A stretch of DNA of 64,000 nt from a virus. Lineage: Duplodnaviria; Caudoviricetes. Of the stretch, positions 27,293 through 36,510 are shown piece by piece. The DNA lies in the IMG/VR virus record IMGVR_UViG_3300038443_000257, positions 23,496-87,495 of that record; one strand, written 5' to 3'. The notes beneath the pieces were generated by a model that was not told where the DNA came from, did no database searches, and saw only the letters and a program-made list of their open reading frames with translations. Every line of letters begins with the position of its first letter. Position 1 is the stretch's first letter. Made by a program: the position numbers and the translations under genes.

Positions 27293-27861
27293 AAACTATC
27301 TCGGTAACAGATTTGAAGCTTATTGATGGCCTTAGTCATCTTAACTACATGGAAATGGTGCATCCCTCCAACGACCAATTAGTTGGGAAGTACCTTGACA
27401 TGATCGGCATTGATATTACTAAACCATTGGAGTACCGGGCGTACCAACACAGAAATTTGCAAGGTAAAGTGGTTGTTAATTTTCTTATTGCAGGTGACTT
27501 GAAGCTTGACCGCAAGAGTCTTACAAGTCAGTTTAGTACGTACGAAGATCGCCTAATTGCCTCAAGCATCTACGACCGATCCTTGTTTGAACAACTACAT
27601 GAACTCGGCAACACTTCGCCTACATACGGCGGCACAGCGCCTGATGAGGATGTCCCAACAAGGGAATCGGAAGAGTGTAAAGAAGATGAACTAAAGATTG
27701 CAAAAGAGATTGCCATGCTGGAAGATATTCTGTACCATATCCGGGGCAGTCAAGTGAACCCCGACGGATCATTCAAGACGATGGATGAGTATGTGAATCC
27801 TCGTCCCGTTGACAAACCTCGTAAGAAACACAAATCGCGTAAGAATGTAGAAGGAGTTTAA
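27289..27861 (+). CDS. hypothetical protein
   Basis: 190-aa coupled ORF. Confidence 0.7.
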   Translation: MKTISVTDLKLIDGLSHLNYMEMVHPSNDQLVGKYLDMIGIDITKPLEYRAYQHRNLQGKVVVNFLIAGDLKLDRKSLTSQFSTYEDRLIASSIYDRSLFEQLHELGNTSPTYGGTAPDEDVPTRESEECKEDELKIAKEIAMLEDILYHIRGSQVNPDGSFKTMDEYVNPRPVDKPRKKHKSRKNVEGV

Positions 27862-30099
27862 ATGACTGAGAAGCATATTATGGTTACTAAGCGGGATGGT
27901 TCTGTTGTCCCGTTTGATCCTGAGAAGCTTACTCGTTGGGCAAAGTGGGCAGGTAACATCGGTGTGGATTGGTTTGGCATTGTTGCTGACACCTATCAAA
28001 AGCTGCCCGACACTTGCACGACTAAGGACTTGCAGCAAGCTATGATTCAGGCATGCATGGATTATGAAGATACTCCGCATATGCTGATGGCTGGCCGTCT
28101 GCTGATTGGTGATGTGTATAAGCAAGCGTTTGGTGGGCATGAGTGTGTTCCAGAAGTGCGGTATATGTACGCCCACATGGTCATGGACGGCTTATGGGAA
28201 GATATGGGATATTCCCTTGATGAGCTTGACGAGGCGGAATCCTTCATCAACCACGAGCGCGATTTGAATAGCGTCTACTCTGTCATCAATCAGATCACGA
28301 CCAAATACGCTATCAAGGATATCGAGAAGAACATTGTGTTGGAGTCGCCTGCATTCGTTTGGATGCGCATGGCTCTTGGGGTGTGCAAAGATGAGCCTAA
28401 GGCCACTCGCATGCAGGAAGTGCGAGCATTCTACGAAGATTACGCAACTGGTCGCATCAATGCGCCTACGCCTAACATTAACAATCTTGGCACTCCTAAG
28501 CGAACTTATGCTTCTTGCTGCGTTTACAAGAGTAACGATGAACTTGGCAGTTTGGCTGCTGGCGATCACATTGCTACGATTATGACAGCATCTAGTGCTG
28601 GTATTGGCGGCATGCTGATGACTCGTAGTAAGGGGGATGGTGTTCGTAAGAATACTATTCGCCACGGTGGGAAACTGCCATACTACAACGCACAGGCAAG
28701 TGCTGTGAATGCCAACCTGCAAGGCGGTCGTGGCGGAGCGGAGACGATGCACATCAATGCTCTTGATCCTGAGATTGAGACGCTGCTGCGCCTTCGTCAC
28801 CCAACTACTGTTGCATCGAAAGCAGAGCGACGACTCGACTACAGTTTTGGCTTCCACCCTCTGCTTGCAGAGAAGGCTGCTAAGAATGAACAGTGGATGA
28901 ACATCAGCTATAAGGTGAATCCTAATCTGTGGGAAGCTATGTACCGTGCAGACGGCAGCTTTGAGAAGCTGTATGAGGAACACGAAAAGAGCAGCAAGCG
29001 TAAGAAGTTTATTCCTGCGCGTAAACTTGCTCTAGAGTTCCTTCGTATGGAAGAAGAGACGGGTCGGATGTACGAGCACAATACGTATGAACTGAACCGC
29101 CATACGCCGTTCAAAGACCCTGTGTATAGCTCTAACCTTTGCCAAGAAATCGGCCTGCCGACACAAGGCTACAAGGATGTTACCGAGCTTTACCGAATGG
29201 ACGATGATGTGCAGGGTGAGATTGGTCTGTGCAATCTAGGTGCAATTGTTGCAGGGCGTGTGACACCTGAAATGTATGAGGAAGTGGCGTACCGCACTCT
29301 CAAGATGGTTGACAACGTGATTTCGATCATGGACTACCCGTTCCCGCATCTGAAGTACACTGCACAGGCTCGTCGTTCTGCTGGCATTGGTATCACAAAC
29401 CTTGCACATGATATGGCAGTTAAGGGGCTTCGATACGATACGGCAGAGGGTAAAGCTTACATGCACCGACTAGCTGAGATGCATTCTTACTGGCTCCACA
29501 AGGCTAGTGTGCGTCTTGCCAAGGAGCGTGGCAAGTGCGATTGGTTCCACAAGACGAAGTATGCAGATGGCTGGTTGCCTATTGACACCTACTGCAAACA
29601 CATCGATAATGTGACGAATCAACCCCTTCTGTGTGATTGGGAAGGTCTTCGTAAGGAGATTGCAGAGCACGGCATGCGTAACAGCGTTCTTGAAGCGTAT
29701 ATGCCTGTCGAATCAAGCAGCATTGCTGGCAACACGACCAATAGTATTTATCCGGTTCGTGAGCTTGTGGTTGTTAAGACGAGTGGCACTAACAAAAATG
29801 TGTTTCTTGCACCGGACTTGGAAGAATTGAAAGATGCGTATCAGTTGGCTTGGACTGTTCCAGCTAAGGATATTGCTGAGATGTACGGCATCTTCCAGAA
29901 GTTCTGTGGGCAGGCTATTAGTGCTGACAAGTACCGTGCTTTCCCTGCGGGTGTGACGCCTAAGATTAGTGCAACGGAGATGTTTGAAGACTGGCTCTAC
30001 CGCATTACGTGCGGCCATAAGTCCGGATACTATTCCAACACCAAAGCTGGCCTCACTCTTGAAGAAAATGAGGCTGAGTGCGAAAGCTGCAAATTGTAA
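27862..30099 (+). CDS. nrdA: ribonucleotide reductase class Ia alpha subunit
   Basis: ATP cone VTKRDG; APTP; ASCC; SNLCQEI; LCNL; GMRNS; GYY; C-terminal CESC. Confidence 0.95.
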   Translation: MTEKHIMVTKRDGSVVPFDPEKLTRWAKWAGNIGVDWFGIVADTYQKLPDTCTTKDLQQAMIQACMDYEDTPHMLMAGRLLIGDVYKQAFGGHECVPEVRYMYAHMVMDGLWEDMGYSLDELDEAESFINHERDLNSVYSVINQITTKYAIKDIEKNIVLESPAFVWMRMALGVCKDEPKATRMQEVRAFYEDYATGRINAPTPNINNLGTPKRTYASCCVYKSNDELGSLAAGDHIATIMTASSAGIGGMLMTRSKGDGVRKNTIRHGGKLPYYNAQASAVNANLQGGRGGAETMHINALDPEIETLLRLRHPTTVASKAERRLDYSFGFHPLLAEKAAKNEQWMNISYKVNPNLWEAMYRADGSFEKLYEEHEKSSKRKKFIPARKLALEFLRMEEETGRMYEHNTYELNRHTPFKDPVYSSNLCQEIGLPTQGYKDVTELYRMDDDVQGEIGLCNLGAIVAGRVTPEMYEEVAYRTLKMVDNVISIMDYPFPHLKYTAQARRSAGIGITNLAHDMAVKGLRYDTAEGKAYMHRLAEMHSYWLHKASVRLAKERGKCDWFHKTKYADGWLPIDTYCKHIDNVTNQPLLCDWEGLRKEIAEHGMRNSVLEAYMPVESSSIAGNTTNSIYPVRELVVVKTSGTNKNVFLAPDLEELKDAYQLAWTVPAKDIAEMYGIFQKFCGQAISADKYRAFPAGVTPKISATEMFEDWLYRITCGHKSGYYSNTKAGLTLEENEAECESCKL

Positions 30100-30107
30100 G
30101 GATGAAC

Positions 30108-31202
30108 ATGACTGTATTTAACCAAGATAATGATGAATGGAAGACTGGCAAGTACAGTTTGTTTCTAGGGCAAGCCCCCGGACTGTACGATAGCATCAAC
30201 GTAGCACACCCTAAACTGTTTAAGTATTACAAGGATCAAAAGTCCGCTGATTGGTCCGAAGATGAAATTGATCTTGAGCAAAGTCGTATCGACATGCTCA
30301 CTTGCAAGCCGGAAGCACGAGAAATCATGCTTGAGAATCTTGCGCTTCAGTGGGAGACTGACAGCTTTGCTGCCCGCAGTATTGCACCTCTATTCGCACC
30401 GTTTGTTACAAACAGTGAATACTGGGCAGCACTGCTGAAGATTAGCGAAATTGAAGTGCTGCACGCTCTAACCTACTCGGAAATCGTTCGGGTGTGCATG
30501 GAGAATCCCAAAGACATCTTTGAGCGCATCATGAAGAACGATGCCATCATTGGTAGGCTTGAAGCTGTCTCTAGGGCATTCAATGAATTGAAGTACGCAG
30601 GTGCAGCCTACACTTTGAGTTTGATTGCAAAAGAGGATGCCTACCCTGTTGTGATGCGTGCTGTAGTGGCGTTGTACTGCCTTGAACGCCTTCAGTTTGT
30701 GGATTCGTTCGCTGCGACGTTCGGTGTGGTGGAAGGTGAGCAATGCTTTCAAGGCATCGGCAAGCTGGTTCAGAAGATTATGCAGGACGAACGTTTTATC
30801 CACGCCGAAGCTGGTAAATATGTTATCAAGCACGAACTGAGTACTGATCGCGGTGCGGCATGGTTTGAGAAGGACAAAGACATCATCCGTAGCATGCTGG
30901 ACGAGGTTGTTCAGGCAGAGTATAAGTGGAACACCTACCTGTTCAGCAACGGTCGTAAGTGTGTTGGCTTCACTGAGCAAAGTGGAATTGACTGGATCGA
31001 CTACAACGCACAAGAAGTGTATGAAGTGTTTGGCTTTGAGCCGCCACGCAAGATTGAAAAGAATCCTTTGAAATATATGGAGAACTGGCTTGATCTGAAC
31101 AAAACTCAGAATGCCAACCAAGAGGGCGACCAAGCAAACTATCGCCTTAATATTATTATTGACGATCTTGGTGACAAGATTATTGAATGGAGCTATCGAT
31201 AA
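30108..31202 (+). CDS. nrdB: ribonucleotide reductase class Ia beta subunit
   Basis: W..DEID; EVLHALTYS; LERLQF; DERFIH di-metal ligands; C-terminal QE...Y. Confidence 0.92.
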   Translation: MTVFNQDNDEWKTGKYSLFLGQAPGLYDSINVAHPKLFKYYKDQKSADWSEDEIDLEQSRIDMLTCKPEAREIMLENLALQWETDSFAARSIAPLFAPFVTNSEYWAALLKISEIEVLHALTYSEIVRVCMENPKDIFERIMKNDAIIGRLEAVSRAFNELKYAGAAYTLSLIAKEDAYPVVMRAVVALYCLERLQFVDSFAATFGVVEGEQCFQGIGKLVQKIMQDERFIHAEAGKYVIKHELSTDRGAAWFEKDKDIIRSMLDEVVQAEYKWNTYLFSNGRKCVGFTEQSGIDWIDYNAQEVYEVFGFEPPRKIEKNPLKYMENWLDLNKTQNANQEGDQANYRLNIIIDDLGDKIIEWSYR

Positions 31203-31450
31203 TGCTAGTTGTATATAGTAAGAATAATTGTCCTGAGTGTGCCAAGGCTGCTGCATTGCTGGATGCGAAAGGTGTAGAGTATAAAACGGTAAAAGTGGAT
31301 GAAGACCCTGTAGTCCGGGCAATGCTCATGTCGATGGGGCATCGATCTGTTCCGCAAATCTACATGGAAGGTCAAAATGATGCAACGCTGGTAGGTGACT
31401 ACAAAGCTCTTACCAAGCTTACCGACGAACAGTGGGCTGCTTTGAAATAA
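31202..31450 (+). CDS. glutaredoxin
   Basis: VYSKNNCPEC...RSVPQIY. Confidence 0.9.
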   Translation: MLVVYSKNNCPECAKAAALLDAKGVEYKTVKVDEDPVVRAMLMSMGHRSVPQIYMEGQNDATLVGDYKALTKLTDEQWAALK

Positions 31451-31465
31451 ATTTTAAAATTCTTG

Positions 31466-31494
31466 TTGACAAGGGCCAAGCTCATCAGTAGAAT
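31466..31494 (+). promoter_or_regulatory. sigma70-like promoter
   Basis: TTGACA-17-TAGAAT. Confidence 0.7.
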
Positions 31495-31540
31495 AGCTCT
31501 TGTCGATTTAGACGAAACACAAATCTTAAGGAGAAATCGT

Positions 31541-31723
31541 ATGAACATTGTTAAACAAATTGCCGACCGTGTAAACGCCATCCTGCGTACGGGCGCATCG
31601 AAAGAGAAAGCTGCTCGTTACATCAATGCCGAGTTCCACGCTTGTGCGTATGTTGGTAAAGGTAAGCTGTGGGCTTCGTTCACTGGCGAAGATGGCAAAC
31701 AGCGTGTGCAGGTTTTTGCGTAA
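31541..31723 (+). CDS. small hypothetical protein
   Basis: AAGGAG RBS before ATG 31541 (MNIVKQIADR...). Confidence 0.7.
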   Translation: MNIVKQIADRVNAILRTGASKEKAARYINAEFHACAYVGKGKLWASFTGEDGKQRVQVFA

Positions 31724-31730
31724 GGCGAAA

Positions 31731-32330
31731 ATGGCTGTCCCTGACTACAAAGGTTTAGATGGAAGGTGGGTAAGGTCTACAGGTCGAGGTAAAAATCAAA
31801 TCTATACCAGAGCAGGCAACATTTGGCGCTGCGTACAGACGCGATGTAAACTTGATGGGCAGTACCAAAAAGATCGCGACACATACAAAGGTGTCCGAAA
31901 TGAATTTATAGATTTCCAACACTTCGCAGAGTGGTGTCAAAAACAGATTGGTTACTCTTCAGATGAAGTTTGGCAAATTGACAAAGACCTGCTATACAAG
32001 AATTGCAAAGTGTACTCGGAAGGCACCTGTTTGTTTCTACCTATACAGATTAATAATTTTTTAATCCAAGCGAACATGCGGAGGGGTAAACTGCCAATTG
32101 GTGTAAAAATGGAAAAGAAGGTTACTGCACGGTATAAGGCACAATGTGCACCTTCTGGAACAGATTTTAAAAATTATATAGGCAATTTCGACACCCCGGA
32201 AGAAGCCTTCTACGCTTACAAGACCCGCAAAGAGTGTATCGCAAAAATTTTGGCGGAAAGATGGAAGGACAAGATTGACCCACGGGCATATGAAGCCCTA
32301 CAAAATTTTACCGTAAATATTAACGACTAA
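31731..32330 (+). CDS. HNH-like homing endonuclease family protein (IDKD variant) with AP2-like domain
   Basis: FQHFAEWCQKQIG...WQIDKD...YSEGTCLFLP..IN; LPIGV; YIGNF. Confidence 0.75.
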   Translation: MAVPDYKGLDGRWVRSTGRGKNQIYTRAGNIWRCVQTRCKLDGQYQKDRDTYKGVRNEFIDFQHFAEWCQKQIGYSSDEVWQIDKDLLYKNCKVYSEGTCLFLPIQINNFLIQANMRRGKLPIGVKMEKKVTARYKAQCAPSGTDFKNYIGNFDTPEEAFYAYKTRKECIAKILAERWKDKIDPRAYEALQNFTVNIND

Positions 32331-32342
32331 GGAGTTTTAAAA

Positions 32343-32606
32343 ATGACCAAGCATGTTACCGTAGATCAGGCAACCTTTGATGCGGCAGACCTTACCAAGT
32401 TTTTGCAACGGGGTATCAATGTTCTTGCCGAAGAGGCTGCGTTGAAAGACGACTTCAAGGCTCTTGTCGAAGAAGCTGCCAACGCAACCAAGATTGAGAA
32501 GAAGATCATTCGCAAGTTCATCAAGTCTCGCTTTGCTGTCAAGACCAAAGACATCGTTGCGGAAGCTGAAACTCTCGATGCTCTGAGCAAAGCTGTGGAC
32601 GAATAA
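32343..32606 (+). CDS. small dsDNA-binding protein (T4 DsbA/GapR-like)
   Basis: Helical EEAALKDDFKALVEEA...KKIIRKFIKSR pattern. Confidence 0.5.
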   Translation: MTKHVTVDQATFDAADLTKFLQRGINVLAEEAALKDDFKALVEEAANATKIEKKIIRKFIKSRFAVKTKDIVAEAETLDALSKAVDE

Positions 32607-32701
32607 GCAGTTCTTGCAGGCAAGCTATGCTGTCAATGCAACAATGTCACAAGATTATGTATATGTCGTTTTAATGACACGCAATAAATCACGAACATTT
32701 C

Positions 32702-32731
32702 TTGACAGCACATCTTCTGTAGGCATACACT
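32702..32731 (+). promoter_or_regulatory. sigma70-like promoter
   Basis: TTGACA-18-TACACT. Confidence 0.5.
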
Positions 32732-32866
32732 TACATCAATGCTGATTCGGAACATGCCGTTCCCTCTGAATCTGCCAATAACAAGAAGCCGTAAGGCCGC
32801 GCAGTACGTTTATATAAACAATCTTTGAACAAATCTACCAAGCTAACATAAGGAAAGCTAAACACT

Positions 32867-33139
32867 ATGAACATCATTGCAACCGCAAACATCATCCTGA
32901 CCCTGCTGCCTGTTGTGAGCGACACTGTTAAGAACGTTGAAGCGTTCGCAGGTACGGGTAACGGCGCAGCTAAACAACAAGCTGCCCTCGGCATCATCAA
33001 GTCGCTGTACGAAGCATCCTCTCCCCCGGTTCCGTTTGAGCAGATCGTTGCACAAGTCACTCAACTGATCAACGAAGTTGTTGTGTTTTACAATGCTATC
33101 AAGGCATTTAGCCGCTCTGCACACCAAGCAGCAGCCTAA
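32867..33139 (+). CDS. holin-like (LL-H family-like) small protein
   Basis: Hydrophobic N-terminus, VKNVE...GNGAAKQQAA...LINEVV pattern. Confidence 0.5.
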   Translation: MNIIATANIILTLLPVVSDTVKNVEAFAGTGNGAAKQQAALGIIKSLYEASSPPVPFEQIVAQVTQLINEVVVFYNAIKAFSRSAHQAAA

Positions 33140-33144
33140 TAAAT

Positions 33145-33174
33145 AAAAAAGCCCCAACACTTTCGTGAAGGGGC
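33145..33174 (-). terminator. intrinsic terminator of the leftward late/lysis transcript
   Basis: Minus strand GCCCCTTCAC-GAAA-GTGTTGGGGC-TTTTTT. Confidence 0.7.
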
Positions 33175-33205
33175 GAACGAACTCTCTACCAAGAGTTGCT
33201 AAGGA

Positions 33206-33243
33206 AAGCGTGAGGACCGAGCTAAGGTTGTCTCACGCTTTTT
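33206..33243 (+). terminator. intrinsic terminator of the rightward arm
   Basis: AAAGCGTGAG...CTCACGCTTT hairpin followed by T run. Confidence 0.7.
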
Positions 33244-33287
33244 AGTATAGTCGACATTTCAAAGAGATGTCAATGCCTTTGACACTA

Positions 33288-33752
33288 TCAAGCATCATTC
33301 GATAGGCCGTTTGTTGTGCTATGCTGTCTTGCCCATTCAAGGGCGCGAGCACGTACGTCGTCATCAATTGATGCATTAACAATTCCTCGTCCAGCATCAG
33401 GTGCGATTTCAGCTTGCACGTTGGCGGGCTTTTCTTCGGCAGGCGGCCCATCGCTTCGCACAGTCTGTTCGGTTTCTCGTACGGCTCCCGATGGCAATCC
33501 GTGGTCTTTGGAGGTTGCGATGTTGATGCCGATGTTAATTGCACTGAGCAAACCAATAGCGATGTCAGCACAAGTCTGCATGTCGATACCAAAGTCATAA
33601 CCAAAACTCCGCAACAGGGAAACAATAGCAAACAGCAGTGCAGCTATCATGTTCGCACTGATCTGATGGCCCACCCACTTCTTCTTGTCGGCAACTTCTT
33701 CGCCTGCCTTAAACACTGAATATAGTGCTTTAATCTTTTCAATACTTAGCAT
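33288..33752 (-). CDS. membrane protein of the lysis cassette (holin candidate)
   Basis: Two transmembrane segments; overlaps the endolysin stop. Confidence 0.6.
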   Translation of the reverse strand: MLSIEKIKALYSVFKAGEEVADKKKWVGHQISANMIAALLFAIVSLLRSFGYDFGIDMQTCADIAIGLLSAINIGINIATSKDHGLPSGAVRETEQTVRSDGPPAEEKPANVQAEIAPDAGRGIVNASIDDDVRARALEWARQHSTTNGLSNDA

Positions 33753-34288
33753 TTCAATACCTCTCTTGCTTTCTTAAAGTAAGCTTGCCTTGCTGTCCAC
33801 CCATTAGGCAAACCCGTCACTTTGTTCTTTCCGTTTACGTGGATGCTCAATGTCAAAAAATCTTCAGAATCTGCCAAGGCGTTTAGTCCACGATCCTTAA
33901 AAAACCATGCCGCCGACCTACAAGCATTCTCAGGGAGGGACAGCAACTCCGGATGCTCTACACAATCAATCCCCAGTGCCATCATCGTTTTAAGAAAATT
34001 GAAATACCCCGTTGTTTGGATCAACCCTCTTCCTTTGTACAACTTACCCCATCCGGGATGCACATTGCCTAAGTCCTTCCGACCTTCATACGCCTCTCCA
34101 GAAGCAATCTCCTCTGTGTAACGAAGCTCTACTGATTCGTGGGCCACTTGGGCTAAGAATGCTGCCATGCGGAGGGGTGTATTAATCTCAAATTCTGCCA
34201 TAGCAGCATTCAACGGAGCCAAGAAAACACTTGCACGATTCTTGGCATATGGCATAATGGCAGTAAGTTGTGCAAGTGTGATGTCCAT
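33746..34288 (-). CDS. endolysin, glycoside hydrolase family 19
   Basis: AAFLAQVAHES, YEGRKDLGN, YKGRGLIQTTG, SAAWFF, NG. Confidence 0.9.
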   Translation of the reverse strand: MDITLAQLTAIMPYAKNRASVFLAPLNAAMAEFEINTPLRMAAFLAQVAHESVELRYTEEIASGEAYEGRKDLGNVHPGWGKLYKGRGLIQTTGYFNFLKTMMALGIDCVEHPELLSLPENACRSAAWFFKDRGLNALADSEDFLTLSIHVNGKNKVTGLPNGWTARQAYFKKAREVLKC

Positions 34289-34572
34289 CAGTGCTCCTTC
34301 TGGTCAATCATCTTGTTCAGACGTTCCTCTAGCCGATCAAGACGCATGTCAAGTTTTGTTCCATATGCCTCAAACGCTTTATTGATGTCTCGCAGAGCTT
34401 CTTTTAGTTCTGTGCTAGATGCGTAAGTCTCTGCCACATGCACCTTGTACGTTGCAAGATCGTTTTCCACCTTCTCCGCTTTCTTTTTTGTTTCTGTAAG
34501 ATTTGCCCACAGCACGGCACACAGAGCACCCAGCAGCGCTTGCACTGGTCCCAACAACATGTTAAAATCCAT
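34288..34572 (-). CDS. single-TM coiled-coil lysis protein (holin/antiholin candidate)
   Basis: N-terminal TM then coiled coil; coupled to the endolysin. Confidence 0.55.
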   Translation of the reverse strand: MDFNMLLGPVQALLGALCAVLWANLTETKKKAEKVENDLATYKVHVAETYASSTELKEALRDINKAFEAYGTKLDMRLDRLEERLNKMIDQKEH

Positions 34573-34573
34573 A

Positions 34574-35083
34574 TTAATCTCTCTCTACAAAGGTGAGTGT
34601 GTAGCCCTTAGAAAGAGCTTTTTGTACTACAGCAGCAGGCGTTGCGATCGACCCTAAATCCAGAGAAGACAACCTGCGCATAGAAATGGTAAGCTCGCTG
34701 CACTGCCAGCGACGATCTTGTGCAATGTCTAACATGTGAAAAAATCCTTCGACTGCTTGGACCTTACTGTAATTGTCACCAACATGGGACATCCCGTAAG
34801 CCTCTTCTTCTTTACTCATTGGTTTGTCTGTAGTGGCAATGTGATAGAAGCCGTGATCTAAATACTTCGTAAGTGGACTTACAGATACTTTAGGCACCAC
34901 TGCCTCTATCACATGAGGCTCGCCACTCTTATCCTTCCAAACAACCGCAACATGGCTGTATTCGGACTCTGTTGCCATTCTCACAATCTGACTTTCTACG
35001 TCAGCAATAGTATCCCACTCTTGGTGGCTAACCGCTACAATGTCACCACTTTGACAGACATCTTTAAATTCAGAGTACTTCAT
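34574..35083 (-). CDS. permuted papain-like amidase (YaeF/YiiX, C92-like)
   Basis: GDIV...YSHVAV...IEA...WQCSEL...TP. Confidence 0.75.
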   Translation of the reverse strand: MKYSEFKDVCQSGDIVAVSHQEWDTIADVESQIVRMATESEYSHVAVVWKDKSGEPHVIEAVVPKVSVSPLTKYLDHGFYHIATTDKPMSKEEEAYGMSHVGDNYSKVQAVEGFFHMLDIAQDRRWQCSELTISMRRLSSLDLGSIATPAAVVQKALSKGYTLTFVERD

Positions 35084-35095
35084 ATAGTATCCCCA

Positions 35096-35908
35096 TTAAA
35101 TTTCTTCCACGTCAATCTTAGCAGCCATAAAATTGAAGTACGGCGTCAACATCGCGGCGTTAGTAGACAGCCTCCCGTACAACATATGGGCCTGCTCTTT
35201 CTTGGCCTCAGTATTGTCCGGGAAAAGACTCAGGAACACTGGCTTCACCATTCCATTGTTGTACAAGATAGACCACAAAGCTGCCCTGTCATTGGCATCC
35301 AACGAGGGCATAGAAATAGACTGCTTACGGAATCTAGGCTTGACTGTAACTCGCATATCACCACTATATGTGCGGGACTGCTCACTCATGTCATTCATCG
35401 TCATCGATGTGTTACCTTGCTCCGCTCCAACAACAGACTCCCAATAGTTTCCAACGATGAGTCGGCCTGCCTCTACATACCCTTGTGTGTTGCCTGCGTC
35501 AGAGATAGTGATAACTAGCTTTTGCACTGTTACGCGCTGAGCAAACCAGCAACGGGCATAAATACCACCACCATAAGCAAAATAATTTACACCCCTATTC
35601 GTTGCTACACCTCCGCTTGACGCTGTTACAGACGTAGAGTACACTGGTGTTGTGTCTCCACTGTTAGTATAAGCATTCACCGTGATAGTGGCATTGTCTG
35701 TGCAGTTAGTGAATGCAAACATAACACCACCAATTGTTTCTGCTGTAGTCCATGTCGCGGTAACGGTGAGGGATGTTGTGGTAGACCTGCACACATCAGA
35801 CTTCAAATCTGTGGTAAGCTTAGTTACATCCAACCCTGTAGCTGTTGCTGTGGAAGAAAGGGTTGCCCTATCTGCCGCATTGTCATAGATAACTCTAAGG
35901 TTTGCCAT
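35096..35908 (-). CDS. tail/baseplate structural protein
   Basis: 270 aa, GYVEAGRLIVG motif, within the tail module. Confidence 0.65.
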   Translation of the reverse strand: MANLRVIYDNAADRATLSSTATATGLDVTKLTTDLKSDVCRSTTTSLTVTATWTTAETIGGVMFAFTNCTDNATITVNAYTNSGDTTPVYSTSVTASSGGVATNRGVNYFAYGGGIYARCWFAQRVTVQKLVITISDAGNTQGYVEAGRLIVGNYWESVVGAEQGNTSMTMNDMSEQSRTYSGDMRVTVKPRFRKQSISMPSLDANDRAALWSILYNNGMVKPVFLSLFPDNTEAKKEQAHMLYGRLSTNAAMLTPYFNFMAAKIDVEEI

Positions 35909-35947
35909 GATACCCTTTCAAAAATGAGCTAATAAAATCCTTAGAAG

Positions 35948-35976
35948 ATTGTATCACGGCAAACACTTCTTGTCAA
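35948..35976 (-). promoter_or_regulatory. promoter upstream of tail/lysis genes
   Basis: Minus strand TTGACA-17-TACAAT with extended -10 TG. Confidence 0.7.
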
Positions 35977-35982
35977 AACAGC

Positions 35983-36498
35983 TTACATCGTTTCGATAAC
36001 AGTTTTATCCGTGTTGACAATGAAAGTGCGATAAGACTCCCAAGTATCATCGGGGATAAGATTGGCTTTCACAAGATTCGCTTTGTAAAGCTTAGACAGC
36101 GTGAGTGCATCTTGGATTACAAGAGGGGAATCAGGATGGCTAGCAAGAGCCGCATCATTCCAAGCTTTCGCTGCATCATCTTCTGAGCAAGCGGGATTTG
36201 CTTTAATAAAGTCTATTGCCGCACTCTTAGCAGCAAATCTCTCCGATTCCACCAACTGTGTGATGACAGATTTAGGACCATAATCTGCGGTAATTCCCGG
36301 CCCAGCCCCAGCTTCCAATGCAATCAATTCATCTTGAGCAGACGCCAAGGAGATTTGAGCATCGCTGTTGACACTGTTTAAGCGCTGCACCAAAGATGCA
36401 GTAGCATTCATAGAGCCTTGTAGCCCAGCGATTTTTTGTCGAAGCTCTTGGCGACGTGCTTCGTTCGCCAATGCTGTTTGTACATCAGTGTTATTCAT
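35983..36498 (-). CDS. hypothetical protein downstream of the tail fibre (chaperone candidate)
   Basis: 171 aa, N-terminal coiled coil, AAGGA RBS. Confidence 0.7.
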   Translation of the reverse strand: MNNTDVQTALANEARRQELRQKIAGLQGSMNATASLVQRLNSVNSDAQISLASAQDELIALEAGAGPGITADYGPKSVITQLVESERFAAKSAAIDFIKANPACSEDDAAKAWNDAALASHPDSPLVIQDALTLSKLYKANLVKANLIPDDTWESYRTFIVNTDKTVIETM

Positions 36499-36510
36499 AT
36501 TGATTCCTTA

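Noticed and set aside
14881-30099. Inteins or introns in the DNA polymerase or NrdA
   Set aside because: Both are of ordinary length with contiguous motifs and no C...HN insertion.
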